Source: Catajapyx aquilonaris (lineage: Eukaryota). From it: DNA of 64,000 nt. Positions 38,901-47,600 of the stretch are shown piece by piece. The stretch covers positions 62,001 through 126,000 of the forward strand of contig KZ537958.1 of the NCBI GenBank assembly GCA_000934665.2, read 5' to 3'. Positions within the stretch are counted from its first letter, which is position 1, and each line of letters starts with the position of its first letter. Below the pieces are notes generated by a model that was given only the letters and a program-made list of their open reading frames with translations, ran no database searches and had not been told where the DNA came from. Position numbers and translations under genes: made by a program.

Positions 38901-41900
38901 CTAGTGGAATAATATCATGCATTATACGCTTGCAAAACACCGTGTTTTCAAATAAACCTCCACCTTCTTGACAAAACATGCTGAAAATGCAGGATCCAGT
39001 AAACGCCACCCCCAATTTAGCATAAAATGAGAAATAACGGCCCAAACGAGATCAATTTCCAGCTGGAGAACGGCCCCCTAGGCACCCACACCTCATGCAA
39101 ACCCATACATTTCTCTTTCCCTTTTTTTTATAGCCACAGTTGTTCCGAGTCAAGTGATAACCGGATCCGAAGTAGGAACTCCATTCTACAAGGACGTAAA
39201 AATCCTGGTTCCCTCCGTGGTGTCTCTGATCGCCATCCTCCTGACCGTGATGGGTGTCTTCCTGTGCCTTAGACGAAGTGAGTGTCAGACATCCCCAGGC
39301 TCCTCTCCTCACGCTCAATAGACGGCATGTTCTTCCTCCCTTTCCTAGGGCCCTCTCACAGCTCAGCATCCAACCTACAAGACGCCCAATCGGCCGCTGC
39401 CCTAGACAACAAGCAAAACATGGCTCAACGAGAACAGTACTACGCAACAATGAGGAAGCCACCACCTTCGCCTGTCCACGACTTTTCTACCCTGGAACGA
39501 ATTCCGGGTACAGTGCGCCTTCTTACAAACCGATCGCAAAAATACAGTAGGCCCCCGACTTACGTAGTTTCGACTTACGTAGCATCGACTTACGTAACCT
39601 CGACTTACGTAGCATCGACTTACGTAGCATCGACTTACGTAGCATCGACTTACGCAGCCTCGACTTACGTAAAAATTTCGACATGCTTTAAAATCTACGG
39701 GATTTACACAGCAAGCCTGTACAAGACAGATATTAAAACACTATTTATCGGGTCTTCGATCCTGGCTTACCATTTGTAAATCTTTTATTAACTATAACAG
39801 ATGCCACGGATCCGGGATCGGGGACCTAGAAAAAGTGTTGTGATTTCGGAATAATGGCTCCGAGTTATGTAAAATTCGACTTACGCATAAGGTTGCGTAA
39901 GTCGGGGGCTTTCTGAACCTCAAAAGTGGGCGTTGAAAGGAGTGGAGGAATTGGCAATAGATGTAGGTAGGATAGTGACGAATGCTCTGGTCCCTCAGAA
40001 TACTCGGAAGACATTTACCCGTACGCCACGTTCCACTTGCCGTCTTTAGCAGAGGACGGCTCGGGAGGCAAGTTGGAGACGTTTGTTTACCGAGACCTGC
40101 ACATGTCGGGATGCGAGTTGTCTCCAGGCCGGAAGGTAATTGTCCAGGAGCCCTACCTTTTTTTTCTGCCTTTGCAGCACCCTCTAAAGCCTTAAGGCTA
40201 TCGATCAAGGTTCGAACCTCATCTCCCTTAAGAGGATGGGGGAGGAGCAAACGCAAACTTGCCAGTACCAGCCCCTCTCTCTAGGCCTATAATGGAATGG
40301 AATTGCCGGTAGACTGATTTCCAGCCGACCAGTGGATAACTTTCTTTTCCTGCAGGGAGAGCAGAGAGAGAGCTTTTGCTGCTGCTTCGCCAAATAAAAC
40401 GAATGGACCGTGCAAAGGATTCCGTGGAGGAGAAATGCACTGTGGGCGCTTCATTTTCAGGGGATTAGGTTTTAAATGTTGGCCGCCGAAAAAGCTCGCG
40501 GAAAATGCCCCGTGGAATTACGTTTTATTTTTCTGGCGTTGTTGTTTCGCGGTGTTTTGAAGAGTTTGCTAATGTGCATTGCGGCCTGCTTTTTTGTGTG
40601 TGCAGGAGATAAACTGTCGTGAACTTAACGAACCGCCAGTCTTTTTCCAAGCATTACTAACTTTGAAATCGATTCCTGCAATCTGTCACCGACCTGCCTT
40701 TTCTCCAACACTCTTTTCCGAGTCTATAACACTCCACTAATTCCCCCTGCAGGAATTAAACTTTCAAGCTGTTGCCTTGCCCCCATTTTGCGAATGCTTC
40801 TGTTTGAGAATAATTAGCAAGTTATTAATTTTCGCCTCTGCCATTCGCCCTATAAAACAACCGTGGTAGCATATGGCCTAGCAGATTTAGAGCACACTTT
40901 TAATGTGCGGATTATTTTTTTGTAAACTGGCAATGTGTGCTCCTTGCCCCTATTGTGCATTGTGTTGTTGGGCTGTGCTTCTCTTCCTGTTTTCTCTCTC
41001 TCGCGGTGGCCAGCAGTCTTGCAAGGAGACGGCGGCGGAGTACTGTCGTGTGAAGAGAGGCCGGTCAGTGGGCAGCAGGTCAGGGAAGAGCCTCCTCAAG
41101 TCGGAGAGCGAGGAGTACGACAGCCTGGGATCGGATTCGGGGACGGAGCAAGGCACGTCCAGCCGCACAGAGTCTTCCAATCACCTGGACGGGGGGGACC
41201 TTCTTCACGCAGCCACCACCACCACCACAGCAGCAGTTCAGCATCACCAGCACCAGGCCTCCTATCCGCCGCCCCGGGTCTTGCATCACAGTAAGTCACA
41301 AATCACATGTCATACAAAAAGTTTAAAAACCATCAATGCTGCTGCTGCTGCACTCACTCTTATTGGCTCGGATGACCACTTTTTGGGGTCGAAATTTTTA
41401 TCCACACATTTTTTGGTGATCCGGGGCGGTGGAGGTGAGCTGATGCTGAGTTTGCTTTCTTTGCTTGTGCGTGAGGTGTGGATTGTTGTCACGCCACAAG
41501 GCACAAAGTACAGGTGTAATTGAGGAACACAATACTGCCCCCCTTTTATGGGGCATATCTTTACAAAACGCATACTAATATTAATATAAGCACATTTTTT
41601 GGGGTTTCGTAACATCATCAGTCTAATGCACCAATGTTATCGTTTACGCCATATATATTCTACTGATATAAGAAAAGGTAAGCCAAAAAAATTGCAGTCG
41701 TAATCTTTGGTGTCAGCTGATATTTTCTTCCATTAATATTGGAAACCGTACTGTATGTTTTCTCTCAAATGTCATGTTTTTGCAAGTGTTTTTGTGTGCT
41801 ATTAGCTTACAGCAGGGATATTTATCGCCATAGTTTGTACGCTTAATGTGGGCTGAACAAGGAGCAAAGTGGGACCGTTTCCCAAAGGGTGTGTGATGTG

Positions 41901-42934
41901 GTTCAGGCTGTAATGGAACCCGCTTAAATAAGAGGTCAAAGGGAATTGTTTCATCCCCAAGTTCCTTCTCACTGACAAAGTAATTCAGAGGAGACGCTTC
42001 AGCCACAACCACGAACTTACCAGCTCAACAACGACACTAAATACAATTTGAGCAGTACTGTATGGCATAATCCATCTGTGTTTAACAACGTACAGTTACA
42101 TTTATATGGAACCAGAGCTTTGTAGCATATAAGCCCATTGATCACTGCCATGAATCCACACGAGTACTCTTTTTTTTTTGCAAATCTGCTCTACAGCACC
42201 CATACAGTGCATCGTACTAATAGGCTTTCTCTTCCCGAGTTATTGGAATTCCGTCCAAATCGAAATAACTGTGAGTCACTCCTCTCTCTTTTTTTGTACC
42301 ACTTCAGATCTGGTATACCACGGTCCGGAATCGAGTACGTCCACGGAGCCATCCCCCATTGCCGAGAGGAGGTCTTTTCCCAGGAGGGGGAAGCCCAGGT
42401 ATTTCCATTTTACCCTATACATAATATGTGCAGCGTAATAGTAACTGTACAGCATGTTAAAATATTGAACCGACCGTGGATTAGCCGCTCTCATGGAGTA
42501 CAAACCATGCTGCTTTTGTTAATAAAAAATTGAGGATCCATCCGCAGTAATACAGGGTGTCCCATAAGCTACCTTTTCGCATAGTGCAGTATATATCCTT
42601 TTCTCTAGTTTCTCTGGGCTTGATCGCCCCAGTGTGAAATGGGACTTGCCTGCTGAAGCCTGGTCCGTTTGGCTCCGTGTGTTTCAGGCTGTCTGGAGGC
42701 TTCCAGAGTCGTCGAGCAGCGGCGGCTTCTCCACGCAAGAGCAGCACCGAGGAGACCACCTTCATTTTCGCCCCCAAACCGGAGTCCTTTGCTCACTTCG
42801 GAGAGAGCCATCACGAACCCAGCGAGGCGGAGTGTGACATTGACGCATTCTCCAAGTTCCGATTGGCCAACAAGTCTCCGCTCAGCTTTGTCAGTCCCAA
42901 CAGGGGCAATAAGGACTTTTCTATAAGGGTCTGA
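4628..42934 (+). CDS. Dscam2: Dscam2-like Down syndrome cell adhesion molecule, multi-exon gene, 5' end outside window (Ig3-Ig9, FN1-4, Ig10, FN5-6, TM, cytoplasmic tail)
   Basis: 28 GT-AG exons (using one Ig7 copy) join in consistent phase. They total 5138 nt plus 1 nt from the upstream exon = 1713 codons, ending TGA at 42934. Domain order is the Dscam order. Motifs such as IGQYVTLHGDVISHVNIS, GLPYIR..CPVAGYPIE, PYATF and EPSEAECD resemble the Dscam2/3/4 group as I recall them. Exact orthology needs a phylogeny. Confidence 0.93.
6184..6343 (+). CDS. Dscam2: Dscam exon: Ig3 C-terminal half
   Basis: cag acceptor, gtgagt donor; WWMQKKNGQRTPVVEDDQRWVNSGLLVLLKAQPEDTARFFCVANNSAGSVELE. Confidence 0.92.
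7982..8273 (+). CDS. Dscam2: Dscam exon: Ig4
   Basis: catttcag / gtaaat; VQLSVTSPLTV...FSCTVSGNP..VTWLKDG...EDKGMYQCYARND..QGSGELRLG. Confidence 0.95.
8418..8562 (+). CDS. Dscam2: Dscam exon: Ig5 N-terminal half
   Basis: tttcatag / gtacag; DAYPQLVYKFIKQTIQPGLSVSLKCIASGNPTPHIRWTLDGFPLPQNER. Confidence 0.95.
9195..9346 (+). CDS. Dscam2: Dscam exon: Ig5 C-terminal half
   Basis: gtttcag / gtgagt; YMIGQYVTLHGDVISHVNISRVQVEDGGTYQCAAVNKVGETIHAAELNVY. Confidence 0.95.
14568..14775. mobile_element. Dispersed repeat copy 1 (unclassified non-autonomous element with internal 20-bp hairpin)
   Basis: colinear with 19737-19931 (ccactccac..taagcga.ctgattgg..ggagcag..ctccaccaatcaga..ggtgggtacagtgc..ttaaccacagaggtcg..aagttaggatgtggg.actgt). 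Confidence 0.75.
14994..15104 (+). CDS. Dscam2: Dscam exon: Ig6 N-terminal half
   Basis: ttccag / gtaagt; GLPYIRSMPKISAVAEETLVVTCPVAGYPIETIHWYR. Confidence 0.95.
19737..19931. mobile_element. Dispersed repeat copy 2 (same family as 14568-14775)
   Basis: shared blocks in the same order and orientation as copy 1. Confidence 0.75.
22670..22831 (+). CDS. Dscam2: Dscam exon: Ig6 C-terminal half
   Basis: ttcgcag / gtaggt; GDRLLPLSRRQTVFPNGTMVIDKVQRSQDSGTYTCSASNKQGRTASGSVEVSVM. Confidence 0.95.
23909..24193 (+). CDS. Dscam2: Dscam exon: Ig7 variant A (putative mutually exclusive)
   Basis: ctttcag / gtacga; 285 nt, phase 1-1; VPPKLNPFSFRSDLHLGERVGLQCMVSKGDSPL..W..HNGNYTCTARNGAASTSYSARLSVN. Confidence 0.95.
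24549..24833 (+). CDS. Dscam2: Dscam exon: Ig7 variant B (putative mutually exclusive)
   Basis: ttttcag / gtaaag; 285 nt, phase 1-1; VPPLLSPISFGDLSEGERVQVTCSVKRGDLPLNITW..HSGNYTCVAHNPAKEVKYTAELVVS. Confidence 0.95.
25733..25774 (+). CDS. Candidate 42-nt cassette micro-exon between Ig7 and Ig8
   Basis: pyrimidine-rich acceptor ...attccacttgcatacag, donor gtatgt; frame-preserving phase 1-1, stop-free (D)LTCQPGFPLEPSS. Confidence 0.4.
26446..26565 (+). CDS. Dscam2: Dscam exon: Ig8 N-terminal half
   Basis: tcacag / gtgagt; VPPSWLVEPKDQNVKVGHPAVLDCQVDGFPKPIIAWKKAY. Confidence 0.95.
26950..27126 (+). CDS. Dscam2: Dscam exon: Ig8 C-terminal half
   Basis: ccgtag (weak pyrimidine tract) / gtgcgt; GNQPGQYHDLRSQNSRVKLLSNGSLWLQRVSKEDEGQYLCEAANGIGVGVSTVVTLTVN. 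Confidence 0.92.
27191..27338 (+). CDS. Dscam2: Dscam exon: Ig9 N-terminal half
   Basis: 64-nt upstream intron; APAQFVVRSKKELVKRGSAAHLNCRSTGDLPITITWKKEGVRLEPALFPR; donor gtctgt. Confidence 0.92.
27724..27872 (+). CDS. Dscam2: Dscam exon: Ig9 C-terminal half
   Basis: tcacag / gttagt; YVVKETPMQGELMSELIVSATKKEDSGTFACLATNAYGHAQMTIHLVVQ. Confidence 0.94.
28075..28206 (+). CDS. Dscam2: Dscam exon: FNIII-1 N-terminal part
   Basis: polyT-cag / gtaatg; DAPTFPTNLRVLDQTSRSVRISWTQPQDGNSPITKYLVRFKANS. Confidence 0.94.
29160..29654. mobile_element. pogo/Tigger-like MITE
   Basis: 21-bp TIRs C(T/A)GTTGACTCCGGATATAACA with 1 mismatch, TA on both flanks, internal repeats of ATAACAGACT, no transposase ORF. 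Confidence 0.88.
30905..31053 (+). CDS. Dscam2: Dscam exon: FNIII-1 C-terminal part
   Basis: ggcag / gtgagc; DTWHELNREANVEGSQTAAVLSKLHPATMYHIKVFAQNEMGLSEASEVLQ. Confidence 0.93.
31114..31268 (+). CDS. Dscam2: Dscam exon: FNIII-2 N-terminal part
   Basis: ccttcag / gttggt; VMTDSEAPTGPPQNIHVEAKGSQELLVTWDPPEIQHWNGEILGYYVGFREHR. Confidence 0.92.
31931..32112 (+). CDS. Dscam2: Dscam exon: FNIII-2 C-terminal part
   Basis: ccctgcag / gtgagt; ESRSANSYNFSTV..LQDLRKFAKYGVVLQAFNSKGTGPLSEEVVAQTLED. Confidence 0.95.
32855..33001 (+). CDS. Dscam2: Dscam exon: FNIII-3 N-terminal part
   Basis: ttgtag / gtgggt; VPGAPPDDIRCTALSAQSLQVSWQPPPESLVHGVIQGYKVYYETAEEWY. Confidence 0.94.
33867..34022 (+). CDS. Dscam2: Dscam exon: FNIII-3 C-terminal part
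   Basis: ttccag / gtaaaa; [52 protein letters not shown]. Confidence 0.94.
34042..34792. mobile_element. hAT-like non-autonomous DNA transposon
   Basis: TIRs TAGGGTGGCCA / TGGCCAACCTA; exact 8-bp target-site duplication GCTCCAAA at 34034-34041 and 34793-34800; repeated subterminal TGTCCTT motifs. Confidence 0.9.
34450..34545. mobile_element. 96-bp Tc1/mariner-like palindromic MITE nested in the hAT-like element
   Basis: TA-TACAGGGTGTT...AACACCCTGTA-TA; near-complete fold-back (ggtcacttcttgataa / ttatcaagaagtgacc). Confidence 0.82.
35270..35566 (+). CDS. Dscam2: Dscam exon: FNIII-4
   Basis: ctgtag / gtcagc; VPEAPADIKAVVKSAESILVTWLLPRRPNG...YEFWVTAFTKVGEGQSTKVISSSPSNK. Confidence 0.94.
35628..35897 (+). 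CDS. Dscam2: Dscam exon: Ig10
   Basis: 61-nt upstream intron ending caag / gtaatc; VPAAISSFGGPVMAPWKTDVSLRCQTVGVP..W...DAAAYSCFVRNEHGQDHISYRLLVQ. Confidence 0.92.
35927..35988. repeat. (AAT)20 microsatellite
   Basis: direct reading. Confidence 0.97.
37222..37653 (+). CDS. Dscam2: Dscam exon: FNIII-5 and N-terminal FNIII-6
   Basis: ttgtacag / gtgagg; VPTGPLLLH..WREGDDGGSPIRGF..LQCGTLY..AFNKIGNG...WPSGGCPILKFGVEY..DWVL. Confidence 0.95.
38130..38273 (+). CDS. Dscam2: Dscam exon: FNIII-6 C-terminal part
   Basis: catgcag / gtgacc; VGNNIQPDRTLPITGLKPATLYRLRVAATNSAGSTQNNYDFTSLNPGG. Confidence 0.94.
39134..39277 (+). CDS. Dscam2: Dscam exon: transmembrane segment (single copy)
   Basis: tttttatag (in-frame alternative cag 6 nt later) / gtgagt; ..PFYKDVKILVPSVVSLIAILLTVMGVFLCLRR, a hydrophobic helix followed by basic residues. 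Confidence 0.93.
39349..39507 (+). CDS. Dscam2: Dscam exon: cytoplasmic 1
   Basis: tttcctag / gtacag; RPSHSSASNLQDAQSAAALDNKQNMAQREQYYATMRKPPPSPVHDFSTLERIP. Confidence 0.9.
39545..39915. mobile_element. pogo/Tigger-like MITE with amplified subterminal 15-bp repeat
   Basis: TIRs CAGTAGGCCCCCGACTTACG / CGTAAGTCGGGGGCTTTCTG; left flank TA; fills most of intron 39508-39998. Confidence 0.8.
39556..39672. repeat. 15-bp tandem repeat CGACTTACGTAGCAT, 8 copies (last partial)
   Basis: units start at 39556, 39571, 39586, 39601, 39616, 39631, 39646, 39661. Confidence 0.95.
39999..40135 (+). CDS. Dscam2: Dscam exon: cytoplasmic 2 (PYATF motif)
   Basis: ccctcag / gtaatt; EYSEDIYPYATFHLPSLAEDGSGGKLETFVYRDLHMSGCELSPGRK. 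Confidence 0.92.
41014..41290 (+). CDS. Dscam2: Dscam exon: cytoplasmic 3 (CAGCAG tandem acceptor, start 41014 or 41017)
   Basis: pyrimidine tract + cagcag / gtaagt; QSCKETAAEYCRVKRGRS..KSESEEYDSLGSDSGTEQGTSSRTESSNHLD...HH. Confidence 0.88.
42308..42398 (+). CDS. Dscam2: Dscam exon: cytoplasmic 4
   Basis: acttcag / gtattt; NLVYHGPESSTSTEPSPIAERRSFPRRGKP. Confidence 0.88.
42688..42934 (+). CDS. Dscam2: Dscam terminal coding exon with PDZ-binding-like C-terminus
   Basis: gtttcag acceptor; RLSGGFQ..STEETTFIF..EPSEAECDIDAF...KDFSIRV-stop. Confidence 0.85.
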
Positions 42935-44197
42935 GTCAGACCGCGCCATCAGCTGAACCAAACAAAACCAAAAACAAGAGAGCTTCTGGGAAAAAAAGAG
43001 TTTTTTTTCTACCTTCTTCAAGAGCCTTTCATATGGGAGCTGTGAACAAAGTGCATTAAGAGACATCTATTTTTCACGTACGTAACATTAAAAAGTGTTA
43101 GATGGTGATTAGCTCACCTGAGAAATTATGAGGTGCTGTAGGCTTTGTGAGAGTGGATGCAGTGCGAGGGGAAGATTTTAAAAAATGCCGAAAATGCACA
43201 TGAAAATTTTATTGCGTCACAGCCTAGACATGGCCATGTACAAATGTTTTCCAAATTTATAAGTCAGGACTTTCAAAAAAATTTGAATGGGAAAATTTTT
43301 ATTAACAGTGTGTATCAAGAGACATCAATGACAAACCATATCATGTCATTTTCATATTCCACGTGTTCAAGCAGGGTATACAGATGTTCACTTCGATCCC
43401 AACGTTTCAGACTACCGTACATAAACTTTACTGTAATAGAACAAAACCACCCTTGGATAATTTTTACGTTGCTCAGGTAGTATGCTGTTTAAAAAGGTAT
43501 ATCGCATGTTGTTACGAGCGTAATATTACTGCTCTCTTGCCCAAAGGCGCGCGCAATTTTTGCACACGGGATTAATTTTCTGAAATCGAATTGACTCCAG
43601 CAGAGATTAATTATTGCGCCAACTGCAATGCAGCTGTTTCTCTTACATCCTGAGGCGCGTTCAACAGACGCGGCTAAAGTCATAGACTTTCCGGAGTGTA
43701 TACTATGATTGGTGCTGGTTTTTTCCTCTCTTTTTTCCGGCTCTTAATTAAGAGCGTGTGGAGTGACAGACTTGGCGAGAAAAGTCACTAATTAACTTCC
43801 TGACCTATTGCACGTCTCTTTTCCCCGCAGATGTGATGGGATCCTTTTGACACGAGAGCCTAGAGATAGATGCGACGGCCGGGTCTATAAAACTGTTAAT
43901 TAGAGGAAATGCTTGAATTTTGTTGAATGGGGGCGATGTTCGGGTGTAATTTTGCCGAGTGTGAAAATTACCCCACCTTTTTGGAGGGTTTGGGCGGAGA
44001 ATCCAGTTGCATTGTGGCCAAAACTTGCTCGTTGAAGTTTTTCAATTGATGTGAATTGTAGACGAGGATGTTGTTATTTTCATTTTGCATTCCAGGAGGT
44101 TACACACATACATGATTGTACAGAGCTGCCATCCAAAGTTGACCATGTTTTCCACAATCAATGTTGAAATAATACAAGGTGTACCGGTAATATTGTA

Positions 44198-44203
44198 AAT
44201 AAA
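44198..44203 (+). promoter_or_regulatory. Candidate Dscam polyadenylation signal AATAAA
   Basis: AATAAA about 1.26 kb after the stop codon, followed by T/GT-rich sequence (gatttttcctttgtgg). Confidence 0.5.
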
Positions 44204-44434
44204 ATATGGAATCAGATTTTACTGATATAGGCTCGATTTTTCCTTTGTGGACATTCAGTATTAATTTGTTTTTTAATTGCTATATGTGTTCATAGAATCG
44301 TGATGCATTTGAGCCCTATAGTAGTGTGTCGTTAGTATTTTTTAAACAACAAAGCATTGCAATAGCTTAATATGCTTTTACTTTATTATCCTTTTATTAT
44401 TTTACAAGCTTTTTATAAATAACTTCAGTTTCAC

Positions 44435-44480
44435 GTTGTTGTTGTTATTATTATTATTACTATTGTTATTATTATTATTA

Positions 44481-44517
<37 letters not shown>

Positions 44518-44537
44518 TGTTATTATTATTATTACTA

Positions 44538-44569
<32 letters not shown>

Positions 44570-44600
44570 GTTATTATTATTATTACTATTATTATTATTG
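44435..44600. repeat. Imperfect (TTA/TTG)n microsatellite
   Basis: direct reading. Confidence 0.97.
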
Positions 44601-47600
44601 CAGATGTTGTTCTGCGTGGAGATTGTCTGCTGCACTTTTGAATTGGCTTACAGTGCATGGAAGCGCCCTACACATCAAGTATGATCAAAGTTCTGCCTAT
44701 TTCAGGTGAGTACAGTAGATTACCTAATCATTCTGCCATAATACTTGCGTAACTTTGGGCTTACTATTTTACCTCAATATTTCATAACTGAAAGCTTATT
44801 CCCACTTCAGATTTCAATATAACATCGAGAGTTTTGAGGATAAGGGAAGTTAATGAAATTGTGAGGAATTGTGAGAGGAAAATTAGAGTATATTTAAGAG
44901 ACAAAATCGCGCTACAGTACAGTACATTATGTCTTATATTACCATGATTGCCATTAAAATGCAAAATATAATAGTATTGTTGTCTTTCTGTTGCATTTTT
45001 GAGTGCTTGGATCAGTCTTAAAGCGGACAGAATTTGCTGTCATGTCGTAGCTTGATAATTTCAAGCACTCTACAGAGAAAGGCTAGTGGTTACACTACCT
45101 CGAGCAGACTTCACCTATACCGAAGAGTAACTGATGATGTATAGAGAAATGTCATGTCTTCCACGTGTTCCTCTTTGGATTCGTATGTGATATCTTATTA
45201 TTTTAAATACGCTACGCGGGACTTTCTTTTGTGCGTTTGCAGGGCAACTGCACGTTTGTTTTGTGGGCCCTTAACTTTCCTGCCGTATATCTCTTATTAA
45301 ATAGTATTTTTGGCCCCTTGGTCGCGTGAAATATTTGGTAACACCCCTATGAAATTAATTCTGACAGGCTCAAAAGCTGGCTCATCGTATATTTAGGTCA
45401 GACAATGATGAAAACCTCACTGATGATAGCCACCAATATATTATTGATGTGACTCTGTATCATCCATTGCCTATACTGACTGTATAATTTAAAATAGCAC
45501 GCGGCATAGAGCGAGAATTGAAGCCTCTGTAACGTTCATTAAGTGGGGGAACAACATTTTAAAACGCAAAACCTGCTGCACTAAGCCTTATAATTTTGCT
45601 TGGTTCGTTTGTACTAAGGTCGAGTAAATAATTTCCTTGATAATCGCGGCTCTCTAAAATAGAAATATTTTGTCGTAGTAGGACATATTATCCAATTTCC
45701 ATACGTCTATAGAGCTGATGAGAACAAAATGTCCTAAAAGTGGGTGCACAAACTTTGTCATTATTGCGACTGTAATTGCAAAAAATATTCAATTAATCCA
45801 GCCACGCGGATATCCTCTGGGTATATCCACATATACATACTAACATCACTAGCAATGTTTTTCTTCACAAATTACAATTAGGTTGCGGATTTCATTTTTA
45901 TATTCCCCAGCATGAGGCTTTTTTTTAAAAGCACAGTCACACAGTTACAGTGCAGTGTACAATTACAGAGGAAAGAGAAACACTGTAGCTCCTGTGTGGA
46001 ATGCAGTTTCGATCTGTAGCGTAAAAATAGCAGATACTGTAGGAGTCAGTGCTGCTGCTGCTGCCGCTGCTACTGCTGGACCACAAGCTCTCGGTGAGAT
46101 TAGCATATTCCACAACCAGCGTTTCACGTCTCCGCTACGAGGAGGCTCTCTCATTTTCACTTGAAAAGACAGTGCCCCAAACCAGAGTGTCGTAGAACAC
46201 TGCAGCGGGCCAAGGCTCAGCTGACAATTCTCCAAAAGGCCACTCAGCATACATTATATGGCACGCCTCGAGCAAACTCGTAACGTTCCAAAAGCGGACA
46301 TCTGACTGACCCCAGACGACTCCTATTCGTCTTTGTCCTACCTTGTCACTTGCAGTTCTCTCGCATTTACTCACTGCCTACCATGCCATGAAAACCTTTT
46401 ACAGAAAATTTAGTCACCGGTGTAAACTCCCGAATAGAACCTTATTCTATTCGGTATTCACTACATTGATGCTATATCCAGCCTCCCTAGTGATTTTCAG
46501 GGGAAAGGGAACTCAATTCGTCAGAGATCTTCCCTGACATTCACAAAGTCCTGGGTCCCGAAGAGGATGATAGATGAGCAGGCATGAACCGGAGCAAATG
46601 CATCTTCCCTTAACCAACACTGTCGTCTATATGGAGAGTTACAACCCAGCGATTCTCAAAACTTTTCTCCTTCCCTGGGATGTAACTTATGTCCCACGTA
46701 ATTTGTCAGAGTTTGAAGCAAAATTGGCTGGTTTGCACCTCTTAACACGCTACAGATTGAAAACTTCAGGGGGGTGTAACTATCGACTTTTTTATATCAT
46801 GGGCGTTGAGTGGCCGTGTCAACATCTGCTGCATTATTAAGTGCTGAGGAAAACTTTTCTTTCCGTTTGCACTTTGAAGAGAAATTAATGAGATTATGTC
46901 CGGGAGAAAATAGTGGCTTTGTTACCTTGAAAGCAAAGTTAGACTCTCTGGAGGTGTGCTCCTGAACGATCTAGGTTTGCGAGGCCAGCCGCCGAGGGAA
47001 GGCAGACATATTGTTGGGGAAGCCCGGAATGACAAATGCGCCCCTGCCATGTGTGAAGAGAGTTTATCTTCGTTTTGCTCTGAAAGCTCACCCCCCAGAA
47101 AAAGGAGGCGTGAATAAGGGACCGTCCGCGACTCATTTTTGGCTAGTGCCTGGTGCCGACAAGTTTAGGAATCAACTATGATTGCCAGATGGGAAATAGA
47201 TGATGTTTGTGGTACAGTTTGGTGCACAACTGTACCAGATTGAAATTTTTTTGGCATGTTAAAAAGTGCAAAGCAGTCTCCTCCACAGTTGAGTGTAACA
47301 CTATTCCAGTCCAATCAAGAAAAGCAATGTGCATCTGAACCGATTTGTTTGCATTACTTTCAAGGTCTTCTCCCTATCCATATTAATATTTAAAGCGTCC
47401 GTATATGTCGCAAACTCCATTCCCTTTGGCAAGCAAGGTCGGATTCAAATATAAAACTCCGGGACAGATTTCCCTAGTGATACAAGCAAAATCGACTCCT
47501 TTTTTTTTCTTTTCCCCACTAAAGAAAGGAGAGTAAAAAAAAAGTGCAGTTTTTCCAAGAGTCAAAGTGCCAGCCGTAAATTTGCAGAGCCTTGTGGCTG

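Noticed and set aside
39556..39672. 15-bp repeat as a CRISPR array or constitutive coding repeat
   Set aside because: No spacers; it is the subterminal motif of a TIR-bounded MITE inside an intron.
44402..44684. Poly-Leu, poly-Asn and poly-Ile ORFs (also near 35.9 kb and 62.8 kb)
   Set aside because: Translations of AAT/TTA microsatellites.
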